Origin: Bigelowiella natans CCMP2755
Lineage: Eukaryota > Protista > Cercozoa
Direction: 5' to 3'
Length of the DNA stretch: 64,000 bases
Assembly: GCA_000320545.1 (NCBI GenBank)
Contig: ADNK01002135.1
Span: 11,385-75,384, forward strand
The stretch's first letter is position 1. Every line of letters begins with the position of its first letter. Position numbers and translations under genes: made by a program. Below the pieces are notes generated by a model. That model was not told where the DNA came from. It worked only from the letters and a program-made list of their open reading frames with translations, and made no database searches. Positions 26,535-39,040 of the stretch are shown in pieces.

Positions 26535-28020
26535 GTGTAGATATCTCTCGCTAATAGCAACGAATTGATCCATAATATGTTCAATGCAAATCGTTATGGG
26601 GAAACATATGAACGTACCACAGCTATTCGTGGAGAGGAGACCGGAACGCTCAGTGGGCAGGGGCTGCATCCTGGTGAGGAGTTGAAGGAGGAGGAGGAAG
26701 AAGAAGATGATGATGATAATGATGATTATGATGGGGATAAGGATGATGGTGGTAGTGATCATAGTGTGCTCAGTCGTCCCAATTGTGATTGGAATCTCTT
26801 CCCCCTCCCTAATCCTCTTTCCCCCCCTCCCCCTCATCGTAGATTTCAGCGAATGATGCTCCAGTGGTTCGAATCTCCGGGCTGCTAGTTGAATGTGCCC
26901 AATCCCAGGTGTGCAGAGGGCGGAGCCTCCTTCCTCATACATTATCTATGATGATGATGATGATGGTGGTGGTGATAGTGATGAAGAAAAAGAAGAAGAT
27001 GTTCGTCTTCGACAGCTCTTAGTACTATTATTATTATCATCATTATTATTATTGATAATGATAATAAAACTGTAACGTGTTGCTTGCTTACACAGCTAGA
27101 GTCTGTGAAGGCTGAGCGCTTTGGCCCAGTGTTGATTCGGAGACTGGAGGACACTGTAAGTCCCTCCCCTCTTCCAATGGAAAAGAATAGGAATAGAGCT
27201 CAATCTCAAAAGAAAGATAAGCATAAGCACTTGACGGATGTGCGGGGCCTGAAGCAAGAGCAGCAGCAGCAGCAGCAGCACACACCTGGAAACAGCAACC
27301 CTCCCCCCTCTGATGACATCGGTAGCAGCAGCACTCTGCAGAACAAACACACACGATTCGAATCTGCAGTGAAACACTTGGGTGATATCATCGCGGATGA
27401 TTTCAAGGAACCGACTACAAAGGCGGCAAGGGAGGCCGCAGCAAAGGAAAGTCTTCAGCGACGACAAGGAGGGGTCACAACCACTGGCAAAGACAGCAGC
27501 ATCTTTGGCGAGGTCCATGGCCAACTGACAGAGTTGCGAACGATGCACGAGCTGATGCAGGTGATCCAATCTAGTGAAAGAAGAAGCACGAATGAAACAA
27601 TTCAAAACGCCAAAACGCGCATGTGTGCATGCACTGCCTAGAGGAGAAAAGTGGTAGGCTGTCAGCGCATCATGAGCGCAAGTTCACCGGGGTGCTTCTT
27701 ATTGTAAATTTCTCAGAACACCGGTGAGGATTTCTCGAAGCTTTCCAGAGAGATCACAGGAGAGAGAGAGAAGCAAACGGTGAACAGGCCAACAAGACAT
27801 CACAGCACAACTCGTCCTACTCGTGGAACGCAAGGGGGTAGGCGTGGCAGCGCCCATCACAGCGACGGAAAATGGAAAAGAAAACGATTTGGAATCCATG
27901 GCAGTGGTCAGAGGAATTTCAAGCGACGAGGCTCCACTGAATCTTCCGGAAGGTGATGTCAATTTAGCTGTTCTTCACATCTTGCAGAATTGTTACCAAC
28001 ATGCACGTCATCCATGAAAC
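20700..28020 (+). CDS. Large hypothetical low-complexity protein (multi-exon; long exon ~22157-24090; acidic/Gly/Lys tracts); boundaries approximate
   Basis: A 690-codon ORF at 22088-24160 plus spliced exons, including LNKGDFVMYKG|TLGVISVVDW (SH3/Tudor-like), YNAVTSPGAVLEGLLSCLL, DTAELNRKHFLSVLLRLN and QLESVKAERFGPVLIRRLED. No confident family. Confidence 0.5.
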
Positions 28021-28219
28021 TGAACTCACAGCGCACCAAGTTGCTTGCAGCCGGTGAACTTCTTCCTCTTCTTCTTCTTCTTCATCTTCGACACTGCGAT
28101 GCCATGTGTGCCATGCTTCTTTAGCGTAGTTGTGACAAATCGATGCTGCAGACCAGAATCCATTATGTTGATTCATGTCACTCTTTCTGCTAGACATGAT
28201 GTTGCACATGTGAACGCAT

Positions 28220-28256
<37 letters not shown>

Positions 28257-28520
28257 CGCATGTGTGTGCGCGCGTGCTGCCAACCCACAAGCGTACCGCA
28301 GATTCACGTTTGGCTAATTGGGCATATGATCGAAGACACGCACGAGAGCTTACATGTTCGCCATCATGAATTGACGCTCCAAGTACGATATGTTGTTAGC
28401 GAAGCACACTCAGCGGAACACTAGTTGGCATGCGAATGTGCAGCAGTGTCAAACAAAGTTTGCGCTCTCCATCATTGAGTTTTATTCCCATCATTCGTGC
28501 ATGGCATTATCATCACTATT

Positions 28521-29347
28521 CTAAGAAAACCTGTCAAACTCCTTGCAAAGTTTGACTATCACGTGATTCTCAAACGATTCCACAATGCCCCTCTCAGTTC
28601 TCTCGTGAATGGAATGAGAATAGCTCGGCACTTTATTCGCCTCACAGATGGTAAGCCTACTGCTTTTCACGACGCCTGGAGTGAGCTCGATGCATTGAAA
28701 GGCTCCTTCGTGGACTTCAGGGCCATCCTTCTCCCATCGAAAGCCGTGTAGCTTTGCATCTTCAAATCCAAATCGGCCATAGTATGCGGGACTACCGAGC
28801 ACGAATACCAGATCGACACCTTGAGAAAGGCATGCTTCTAACCCAGCTTCCACCAGCTCTGAACCGATTCCCTGACGTTGCATATTTGGCACCACTCCCA
28901 AAGGTGACAGCTGCACTGCTTTGATGGCCTGGAGAAAAACGAGATTTTCAAAGCAGAGGTAGCAACTATCATAGAGCTGAAAAAACGGGTTCCAAACAGT
29001 TGGGCAATTTTCATCGATGATCTACGAGGAGGGGAAGGTGAGGGTTCGCTTACGCCTTGTGAAATCGGTTGCCGCTCAGCGATGGTCATAGCTCCACTGG
29101 ACTGAAGGTTATGTGGGCGACAACGCGGCGATGATGATCCACTGCGACCTTAGACGACCAAGCGCCCATTTGCCCTGAGTTCATCAACGAGGCCGGCGAC
29201 GAGGAGACCTTCCCCGCCTCCATATTTTTCCTCAAACGCCTCAGTGTGCACCTTCCTCACAGAGCTTACATCTTGGATTCTTTCATCTCGAATGTGTAGT
29301 GCAGCGGTGCTTCCAGCGGCCAAAACGCGAGAGCTCGTGGAGCCCAT
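28521..29347 (-). CDS. GNAT N-acetyltransferase, bacterial YhbS-like; spliced
   Basis: IRDERIQDVSSVRKVHTEAF...LVDELR; LSPLGVVPNMQRQGIGSELVEAGL (acetyl-CoA motif QxxGxG); VFVLGSPAYYGRFGF. ATG at 29347. Confidence 0.85.
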
Positions 29348-29672
29348 TCGCAGAAGGTTCTTTCTTATTTCCGTTCTTTCTATCAATCCGATTCTTCCGT
29401 TTTTAACCGTGAATCTTTGCATATTTTCACGATATAATTCTTCCGAAACGGACCTTTCAAATTCGTCGGTTTTTGCCGAAGCAGCCGAGGATTTTGACGA
29501 CCCTGAATAGGATCATTTTTCATCGTTGAAACATCTAAAGTATTCTTCTCATAGGAGCAACATCGCAGGGACAGAACGGACGTTCAGATACTGCACGTCG
29601 GACCGAACCCGAAAGAGACTAGGAAGAGGCGGGCACACTCTCAGAAAACATGTATGTATGAGAGAACTGACG

Positions 29673-31356
29673 ATGGGGAAACACACTTCTTCTTCTTCTC
29701 CTATTGATGGTTATTTCCTCATGTTCTTGCTTGGCGTGGATATGTTCTTCTTTTCTTCGGTTGATGGGAATCATCTGAGATCATCATATCTGCATTGCCG
29801 CCACACACACTACAGGGATTTGTCCGTGCAAGATAATGGTGTTGCCGTTCTAACTATGAGTTTCGGGCCTAAGGGGGGGAATCTATTCTGCCCTTCTCTA
29901 ATAGCAGGTGCGAAAAATCCTTCCTTATCCTCCTCCTCCCCCTTTCCATCTCGAAACAAACAGCGTATCTAACTAATATCAGAACTGGACAAGATTATTA
30001 CGGCTGTTGAATCTGATGCTCGAGGTAAACTAAACACCAAAGCCAGCACAAACGCCTCGAAACGCACCCACTATTAAAGTTTTCCTTAAGATTATGAGCG
30101 AAGCTAATAATAAAATGACCATGCTTTTTGTACGTTTAACAGTTTCCGCATTGGTCATTACCGGCAAGGTATTGATTTACATGCATTCCAGAGGCAAGTT
30201 AAAGAGAATACCTCGGGCGATGAAGGGGGGCTAAGTTGAATGAAAAGGGAGAGATGGGAGAGAGGAAGGGAGAGAGAATAGCTTTGCCGCTCACTATGTT
30301 CACTGTACTGCCCCCCCTCGCCTCGCGGCGTTTCTTTCTCAGGGGAAGTACTTTTCCAATGGGTTAAATACCAAATGGCTGCAGAAGAATGTAGTATGGG
30401 CGCCAGCCATGGTAATATCCTCTTACAGGCTTTTTGCCCGAGTGCTCGCTCTTGGAGTCCCAACAATCGCAGGTAGGACTTGCAAAACAACAACAAGAAC
30501 ACCATCTCGAGATCAGTGTACGCGACCACTTGTATGATGATGCACATGTGGTATATGTTATACCTACAGCTATAAACGGCTACGCTGTTGGAGCGGGTTT
30601 CTTCCTTGCCCTTTGCTGCGACCACAGGATAATGGTGAAAGGCAAGGCCTCCACCGCCAATAAAAAGAGCCAAGCAGACTACTTCCTTCGCCTTCCGGAG
30701 GTAGTAATATAGTAGTTGTAGTTGCTGGTGTTGCTCTTTCATCGGCTGCTCATATTGTTGAACGATACCATTTGCTCCAAAAGTAATAATTAGTTGGTGG
30801 ATTTGGAAAAAGGATCAGAACATCCCTTATTACTATGCATCATCCGCATTTCAACGTGTCTTATAGAAAACCATTAATCATTGTTTCAACTCCTTTTTTC
30901 TCTGAATGAACAAACACCCTCGCACCCACATGCATAAATATAACACACCAGCTCGATCTAAAGATGCCGTTGTCCCCTGGCTACACCGCAATAGCAAAAT
31001 GTAAGTTACCAAAACGTGCTCTCCGGACGACAGTACTCACGGCAAAGCGATGGACCCCGATGGAGGCTCTATCATCGGGCATTATCGATCGCGTTGTGAG
31101 CAGTAAAGACCTTCTCCACACGTGTGTTGCATTCGGTCACGAGCTTGCTGGCGGGGGGAGAGTTGAAAGGAAGCGAAATGTTTACTCAATGCTCAAGCGT
31201 GAAATCTATAGCGAGTGCTATGAATCGCTGACGAGCTGGTTTGCAATGCCTCGAATGGTTGCTACCCTGGGCAGTTTGGCCGTGCGCGGCATCTTTTTGC
31301 CGAAGAAGGCCAAATCTCTGCACAAGAAGAATGCAGCCCTCAAATCGAAGCTCTAA
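29673..31356 (+). CDS. Peroxisomal enoyl-CoA hydratase/delta3,delta2-enoyl-CoA isomerase (crotonase fold); spliced
   Basis: Exons: GVAVLTM, VSALVITGK|GKYFSNGLN, VPTIA|AINGYAVGAGFFLALCCDHRIM, LRLPE|LDLKMPL, LTAKRWTPMEALSSGIIDRVV. C-terminal SKL* (PTS1). Confidence 0.9.
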
Positions 31357-32097
31357 TTACAGGAGGGGCTTCCTGCACTCACCCATCAATACAGTACCGT
31401 CTGAAGATGATGGATGAATATGTCGTACAACACTTGTGAACGTTCGTCTCGAAAATGCACCCACTGTGTATGTATAGCAGTTATCTTGACTATCAGGCCC
31501 GTAGCATATTAGAGCGCAGTCTTAGTGTCGTAGCCGCTACACGATCGACAGCACCGCGGGCACTACATCATCACATACATGTGTTTGCTTCAAGTTGTGT
31601 ACGTATCGGAGCACCTGGTCGCCAGCGCAGACACACTCAACGCACAGTCTTCTCCCATATACTTATGTGCATGCATGCATACGTGATGAGCGCAACATCC
31701 CCGCAAGTGCATCATGCACTTCTCTAGCTACACTTACGTTGCACTCGTACATTGACGTACGCCGCATTATTGAGCTTTTGCATGCGCAAAATATTGCATA
31801 TGCTAGTATGTATGCAATATGCAAAATTCTATTGACCATTATATGACCCAGTTAGGGTTTGCAAGAATGGGAGTAGTAGTGACGACATTGGATTCGGGAA
31901 ATGCACATGCAGCTTGCATGTGTTCATAGCTCAGTTTGGGTGTGAATGGCCTCTTTTGGATGGATGATTCATGAAGCAAAAACAAAATCACATGCTCGAG
32001 ACTGCATTTCTTATCTGCGATGTGGACGACAGCATTGATACAAGGCAAAGCATCATCCTTCTCTACATCCTCCATGCAATTGTCCTAGACTCAATCG

Positions 32098-32301
32098 TCA
32101 TGTTGTTTGGAGCCCGATGAAGCACGTGCAAACTTCAGCCAAAAGGCAAGAATAATTAGCGGCACAGCGGTTAAAAGTCGCCTGTGAGCAAAAGCAATGT
32201 TTCGAAAGTGTATGATTAAAAATTCCATAAAATTCTTTTATTCGGCCACGAAGCATACTCGTCCGCCCTCTACTACAACTATTATAACAACTGCTACTGC
32301 A

Positions 32302-32333
<32 letters not shown>

Positions 32334-33616
32334 CACTGCTACCCCTTACACCGATATCACACATGAGCTGGTAACCACTTCATGAATCATTATCATTGTT
32401 ATTATTATTATCATTATTGTTGCTAGTAGTAGTAGTAGCACTAGCAATGACCATGTTATCGTATCCGCATGAATTAAGAGGGACAACACAAGTCCAGCGA
32501 GCAGCCCGTACGCTTTTCCCACCCCCCCCAAATGATATGTCACCTGAAGGATCGATATTCAACGGCGGCAAACAAACCAACAGCACAACGCAGCTCCCAC
32601 TGCAATGGAGAAATAGAAACGACGCCTGCCTTACTAAAACCAGCAGCTACTATTACCACCTACTTCTCACCTTTCCTACGACTATTCCTCCACACGCAGT
32701 GGACATCAAAGGCAGCACTGTGTATCTATCGAATCCATCGAAGAACGAAGAATTCAAAATACGCTGCCCGTCGCCTATGCCGAGCACGTAGGCCTCGCAT
32801 AAGAGCTGAAGTGTGAAGAGGGAAAGGAGGCGGGGTAAGGATAACGGTGATACTACTGCTGACGATGACATCAACGTGTATTGAGCAAATGATGAGGAGA
32901 TGATTGGTGACGGAAGAAGAGGAAGAAGAAAAAGAAGTGGAAAATAGTTGATGGCGACCTTTAATATAAGAAAGCAAGCCGAGAAGAAACCCTAAACAAC
33001 ACACGTACAGATTAATGCTGTATCTACCGATAGAGCTATTTCGGTTTGGAGTGTCATCGTCACCGATGATTTCCCCCATCCATGCCAAGAATGTAACGAA
33101 GATAAGTTGTTTTTTGTGTGATTGGGATCAAGTCTCAAGATTCCAGAACTTATCACTATGACAGACATACACACGCACGCATTCGCAATGTTGCCAACAC
33201 GAAAATTACGAGTTCTGCAGACATCAGGTAGCTGTTTCTTTCAAGCCTTTGCAGGTTGTATTGCATCTGCCATGGTATAGTGCCGATAAACATGGTGAGT
33301 GTCGAGGAGATATATGGAGGAGAAGATCATCACTGCACGATGTGGAGGTAAAGGGATGGATGGTAATATTACGAAACGCCTCCAAAGAATTCCCATAAAG
33401 CAAGAAATAACAAGATAATATAATGTGAAAGTCATGACATAGAAATTCCATTTAGCTTCATACGCCATGGCCACATGATGATGATGATGATGATGATGAT
33501 GATCATAATTATCATAATATACTACCACTGTAGACGCGACACCGGATATTGCTCCCGCCACTAATGTCAACCCAATGCCGACTAACCGGCTCTGAATTTC
33601 GTCGTCTACATAGATG

Positions 33617-33656
<40 letters not shown>

Positions 33657-34287
33657 GTATGGCTGCTTGTGCGGTGTGTTATGCATCAGCGGCGGACGAT
33701 ATTTTGCACAGCTAGCCTAGTAGCAGGAGCAAACATCATCAGATTTATTGCTCATTCTTCCAATCCACTAATAGCCTTTTGTACGTCCTCGGAACGCGTG
33801 CTGGTTTGCGGTATCAGTTTTCATTTTACAATGGCGTCTCATCATCTCGACGACGATACGAATTGTGCCGCAGCAGAAACCATGTGTGACGCAGAACATA
33901 GAATACCAAAGTGACTGTTGGTACTTATGATGATGACGACGATGATGTTGTTGTTGTTTTATGGCTTGGAACATGCACCGCCAGTATACCTGTCGTAGTT
34001 TGCTCATCGAATTTGGTAGGATCTGTTGATACCTGTTTAGATGATAATAAATGACAGCACCCCTTCTTAGTATTTGCAGGGGAGAACAAGTTATTTTAAG
34101 ATCTCCTGAGTAATATGTTGCTTGCTGTATTATCGCTTTGCGCAAAAGCACACTCTCTTTCTTATCTGCCTGCTGTTGCTGTTGGCAATGGCTCTGCTAC
34201 TGCTGCTCGCCGAGGAATACGTTTGAAGCGTAACATGATTAGATTCTGATCCCTACACATCTGTCTATTTTCAATGTGTACTGCATT

Positions 34288-34324
<37 letters not shown>

Positions 34325-35900
34325 TATATATGCACGTATTCGCAAGGTATTATTCACATCGTACAAGGAGTGTCGTGAAGATGATTATCCCGAGCGATGC
34401 AATCTGATGGTGAACGACAGTTGTTGGTTTAAACAATACTTGCTGCATGAACTCTATGCACAACCACTCTTATCATCAAACGCCACAACCCACCAGACCT
34501 GTGCAGGCCTAAATTTTTCTTCCAGGAAGATGTACACGAATACTGCGTTCCAAATTAGCTTGCTCTGAAATGTGTTGATTCGGTAGTGAATTGAGGGAGA
34601 GGGGGATGGTATTACAATAATAACCTTCGTGAAAAGGGGAGGATCTATCTCTGGATCTATGTCGTATGGTGTGGATCAAATGACTCTCTATTTCCTTGAT
34701 TAATATACTGATCATGTGGGTTCATTAGAGCTGCTCGCCTCTCCATTTCCTCTCCCACGTCACACACAATTACTTGATTCAAGATGTTGTACGTGAGTCC
34801 GTCGATCTTGTTCATAGCTACTATCGTCAGAAGATTCTGTACCTATTTATTCCAGCGGTATAGGGATGATGATGGAGGAAACGTATAGGTTGTTCAAAGG
34901 ATAGCTAATATTCCTTCCAGGACACGCCACACTGACATCCCAACTAGTCACAAATCTCTCGTTTTCTTCGTCACGCAAGTGTCGTCTTACAGCCTACAAC
35001 ATAGTTTATCTTTGCGTAACAGTATCCATTCCTTTTGGTCTTCCTACCGCGTAGAGCATCGCAGGAATCCCAGCAGTGGCGATGCTGATAATGAGGGACG
35101 GGGCATCATCGGTATGAAAAGGAATGGTAGCACGATTTAAATAGAACCCAAACTATGCATGGTGTACTGTATTTTAGATTGGAGTGTTTCTGCAAAAGAT
35201 ACCTTTTCTTAAGTGACCAGTTCCTGACTATCTCGCCGCCACTAAAGCAGTAATGACGACATGAAGTCAAAGAGATGACGAGGAAGAGGGAAAAAACATA
35301 TCAATTTGTCTTCACCTTTTCGTAAAGAATAAGACAGCCTGCATGCCGAAGATAACTTTCAAAACTCCTGGATCGTTGTAAACATTAGAAAGGGGAGGGA
35401 AGCTGCTCTATGATTTAATGGTGGACGTCCATGCGCCATTCTCCTAGGCTATGTGCTGCCATTCTGTGTATTTTGGTTCAATCAACCAGACCTACCTTCT
35501 TGCACGATTACTGCAGCAGAGCTAATGACCTGAGAAGGGAAAAAAACTCATCATATATCACGTTCAATCACCGAGAATCGTAACCTCGGATAAATCAGTG
35601 AAAATTTCCCAAGAATTTGGGTACAAAATTAGTACCATGGAGGAGGCGAATGTTGAGGTCATCAGTGGCTGAAACCCGGATCTGACACACCATGATGGAG
35701 GATTGTCGGTGCATATGTGAGTGAATTTGTAAATATTCGTATTCTGGGCTATTAAAACGCGACACGTAACTGCAGGGCCAGCAGGGAAAGCCATCCCCAA
35801 GCTTCAAACCCGCCCTCCATCGCTCAGAGTGTGGTCTCAAAACCTGGTGACATCATCAAAGAGGAGGTGAATTGTGCCCAAATGGCGTAACACAGGGCGT
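32098..35900 (-). CDS. Nucleotide-sugar transporter (SLC35A-like); multi-exon, ends approximate
   Basis: Exons: GFQPLMTSTF, AGIPAMLYAV, QNLLTIVAMNKIDGLTYNILNQ, TLVAGAISGVASTV, FFDGFDRYTVLPLMSTACGGIVV, GGVGKAYGLLAGLVLS. The 'PAxLYAxQN', 'FFxGF' and 'GGIxV' pattern is characteristic of SLC35A. Confidence 0.75.
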
Positions 35901-36609
35901 GTAAATTCAAAGGTGGTTGGCACCACAAAGATAGTTACCCAAGAGTAGACACGACCCCTCCCCGACTGAGTCAGCCAATGTGCCAGACAAGCGCCGGCAA
36001 AATGAAAGTCGATCAGTTTTCCATTCCTTCAATCTGCGACAATGAAATGTGATTGTCGCACATTCTACACTTCTAAACCGTTATATTCGTGTCGCAAAAA
36101 ATGCAATAGGGGTGAACACTTGCAAACGACTTGTGATGTGGGATTCATTCATAAAAAAATCCTTGTATTTTGTGGAACATACACGCCTGGAAGAACTCTA
36201 CATAGAAGCTGTAATTGGGATTCTCCCTTTTGGTGATCGATTTTTGCTTCACACACGGGTTCGCTTCAGAACGCATTACTTTTTCGCCTTTTACTAAAAA
36301 GTACCGTGGAGCGGATCACTAAATGTGATCTCGAGTTTTTGGCGATCTTTGATCGTACAACGTAAATTTTTGTTTTTTCATGAAATTTTTTCCGGCATAC
36401 ATTTTCCGCATAAACTTCGAGCAACCTGCACACATCATCGACTTTGCGAATTTGGGGGACCAATGCTGGTTGGGTTAAGGGATGAGAAATGAAAGAAATC
36501 TCAATTTCACCTAAACTTCACCATTCCTTCATTTTCATTAGTAAGCCTGGAATCCCAGGGACAATGATCATTGTGAGGGTTTGCCAAGGAAGAATTACGG
36601 CCTCTTATC

Positions 36610-36786
36610 ACTTACCTGGCAGGCCAGTACTTCTTGGAAGTTTCGCGGGTGATCACTAAGGCCCGGCTGGTAGGAGCTAGTACCCCATTGCACGCCGGGG
36701 CTACAACCTCCTAGTGGAGTCGGCTACGCCGGCCTCACACTGCATAATTTTTGGTAGAGGGGCTGTGCGCTATGCGCCGGCCCCGC
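36610..36786 (+). ncRNA. U1: U1 spliceosomal snRNA
   Basis: 5' ACTTACCTGG (36610-36619); loop I GATCACTAAG (U1-70K site, 36651-36660) closed by CGGGT/GCCCG; loop II CATTGCAC (U1A site); GCAG/CTGC closing helix; Sm site AATTTTTGG; terminal stem GGGGCTG-TGCGC...GCGC-CGGCCCC. Confidence 0.95.
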
Positions 36787-37012
36787 ACAAATTGAAACAC
36801 ACCCACAAACTTTCCGACGAACACTTGCTAGACACCTGAGGTAGTCCCTCGAGTAGTCTCTGGAGATTCTCGAGATGAAGCACATCTGGGCGTCAATTTT
36901 CTGCTCTTTCCCAGAAACCGAGCCCTCTCACCTGGGCGTCAAAAACCATCTCTTCACCCTGGCGTCAGTCACAGCCCGACACAACTCAAATTTCGTTGAA
37001 CTGGAATTCCAA

Positions 37013-38010
37013 ATGATTGCTCTAGCTCTCCTTCTCACCCTTCCATTAGCTCTCCCCTTCCCTGTTCCTGAGATTCAGCTCTCCAGTAGCGTCTTTGAAC
37101 ACCTCAACAATGCTTCAACTCCCCAAGGTACTGATCCAGATTGAGTTTCGTACCAAAAATACCTTCGTAATCGAAGACGAAGATTTGGGTCCCGTCGGCT
37201 GGTTGACATGGGTCGTACATTGAAGTAGTGATTGACCACAGTTTGTTTTGATGTATCTCTTTTCTGTTTGCAATGTTGCAATTAGACTTGAAAGATCAGC
37301 TCGCAACCTCTGAAGTACTCCCTCATTTAAGGGTTTTCTTCAATGCATCGGCCCATGCAATCGAGGTTGGTACTGATGATGTATCAGTATCGGGAAGCAT
37401 CCCTACCCAGACTGTTGACCCGTCCTGCCATCATACTGTAACCGCGATAAACCCCAGAGGCACGGCCAAGATACTGAATGACTCCCGCCTGATGTTTGGT
37501 GTCTCTAATATCTCTTGGAAGTCTGTTGAGATCTTCGCAGATGCACGATTAGATTCTGTGCTCGATGTTTACTCTGACATCCGGGTAAGGCTTGGGAAGC
37601 ACGTGTTTGGGCACCACTGTACGCAGATTGCACGGAAGACGGTCGGTGTTGACGTAGTTTCGCACGGAACTGTTGGGCTTGGGTTAAACTTCACAGCCTC
37701 GAACGCCCGCATTGAGAGGTCTACCAACACCTCATCAAACTACGAACTCGTATTCAACTTCGAGTGCGATTCCGTAGCTCTCGTGCTTTCCTGGGATGTG
37801 GAGGAGGTCAAAGCGAACAATTGCAAACTGAAAATCCTCGGTATTGATATTTTGAGTTATTGTGGATACCTTGAGAAAACCATTAAGGACGGAGCGAACA
37901 AGCTATCAACTGAGATCATTAAGATCAACGCTCCAAAGATTGCAGCCAAAGTAGAAAGCGCTCTCAACACTGCCATCGGAGGAACAGTGCGAATCCCAAT
38001 TGGATTTTGA
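37013..38010 (+). CDS. Secreted protein (signal peptide), possibly tubular lipid-binding (TULIP/BPI-Takeout-like) fold; 1-2 introns
   Basis: MIALALLLTLPLALP signal peptide. The main exon (~37286-38010) has long amphipathic beta-strands, several Cys, N-glycosylation sequons and a long C-terminal helix (YLEKTIKDGANKLSTEIIKINAPKIAAKVESALN). The fold call is inference. Confidence 0.6.
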
Positions 38011-38663
38011 CGATCGAGCTGATGCATGCGATTTTGTAAAGCGGAACGAAGGCACATCACATTGTGATTCGATCGTTTTCGTCTCCAAAAAGCCCCAAAA
38101 TTGCCCCAGAGTACGGAGTAGGATCATGTCAATTTCGTTGTCTCCAAATGTGACTAAATGATGGAACGCAACATCATTCGCTCAGGACACAACGTTCATG
38201 TCATCATGTGAACTACATCTGCAACGTTTGTGCGTGCTAGCGTGCGATGCATGCATGCTGCATTTTGACACATGTTGTGAGCAACCTGCGTCCATGCTAG
38301 GTTGTCTGTGTCACACGTGTGGTCACTTGGATGCGCGCCATCGTCGCACGTATACACGCATGATGGACATGCAATACATAACATGTGTACAACACATCAT
38401 GCATGTGATGCACATGTTGCATTGCTGTCTAGCTGTGTCCATTGCACGCATTTGTGTGTTTCGTCATCGCAATGATCACTGATCATGCAAGCTCATCTTG
38501 AAATCGTCGCCTGCAATGCAAAGTCAATGCTGCTCAATGCTGAAATGGGATCGATCTCGCTCGACCAAGTGACATCATTCTGATGACATTGCATTGCCAC
38601 AGCCACAGCCTCAACAGAGCTGGAGAGCACTGCACACATGCCAGCATGGCTAGATGGCTACAC

Positions 38664-38989
38664 TGTTGCGCGTAAGGTGTTCACAGGCCGAGGCGCTACG
38701 TGCACAAGTAGGCAGGGGGGGGGAAAGGCACGTTTGCTTCCTTTTGAAGAGTTGTGTTTATTTTTATTAAAGATTATATTTTTATTAAATCGTGCACTGC
38801 GTAATCATTCGCGAAGCTTTCGCGAATGCCGCCGCACGTGGGGCAGCACACTTCCGGTGTGCTGCCATGAGTCCCGCCGGAACCCACGTGCCTATGCTGT
38901 ATTAATATCTACGTTATCTATATTCTATATCCGCGACAACCCCTTTGTTGTCGCACGTGACTTGTGCCCGCGTAGTGGTACGCGCTACA
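38664..38989 (-). repeat. 3' LTR
   Basis: Base-for-base identical to 44054-44379 by eye. Imperfect terminal inverted repeat TGTWGCGCGTA. Confidence 0.97.
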
Positions 38990-38997
38990 CCTCCCCC
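38990..38997 (-). promoter_or_regulatory. Polypurine tract (PPT)
   Basis: Minus strand GGGGGAGG abuts the 3' LTR. A further purine run (GGAATAAGGAAGGAAGGAG) lies just upstream. Confidence 0.8.
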
Positions 38998-39040
38998 AAG
39001 TCACGTTGCTCCTTCCTTCCTTCCTTATTCCCTTAGACCT

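Noticed and set aside
26860-26885. GGTTCGAATC T-loop-like motifs (also near 49941)
   Set aside because: No cloverleaf or A-box around them, and both lie within protein-coding gene regions.
38638-39036. 132-aa and 155-aa plus-strand ORFs with identical sequence (38638-39036, 44037-44504)
   Set aside because: They are antisense read-throughs of the identical LTRs, not a duplicated gene.
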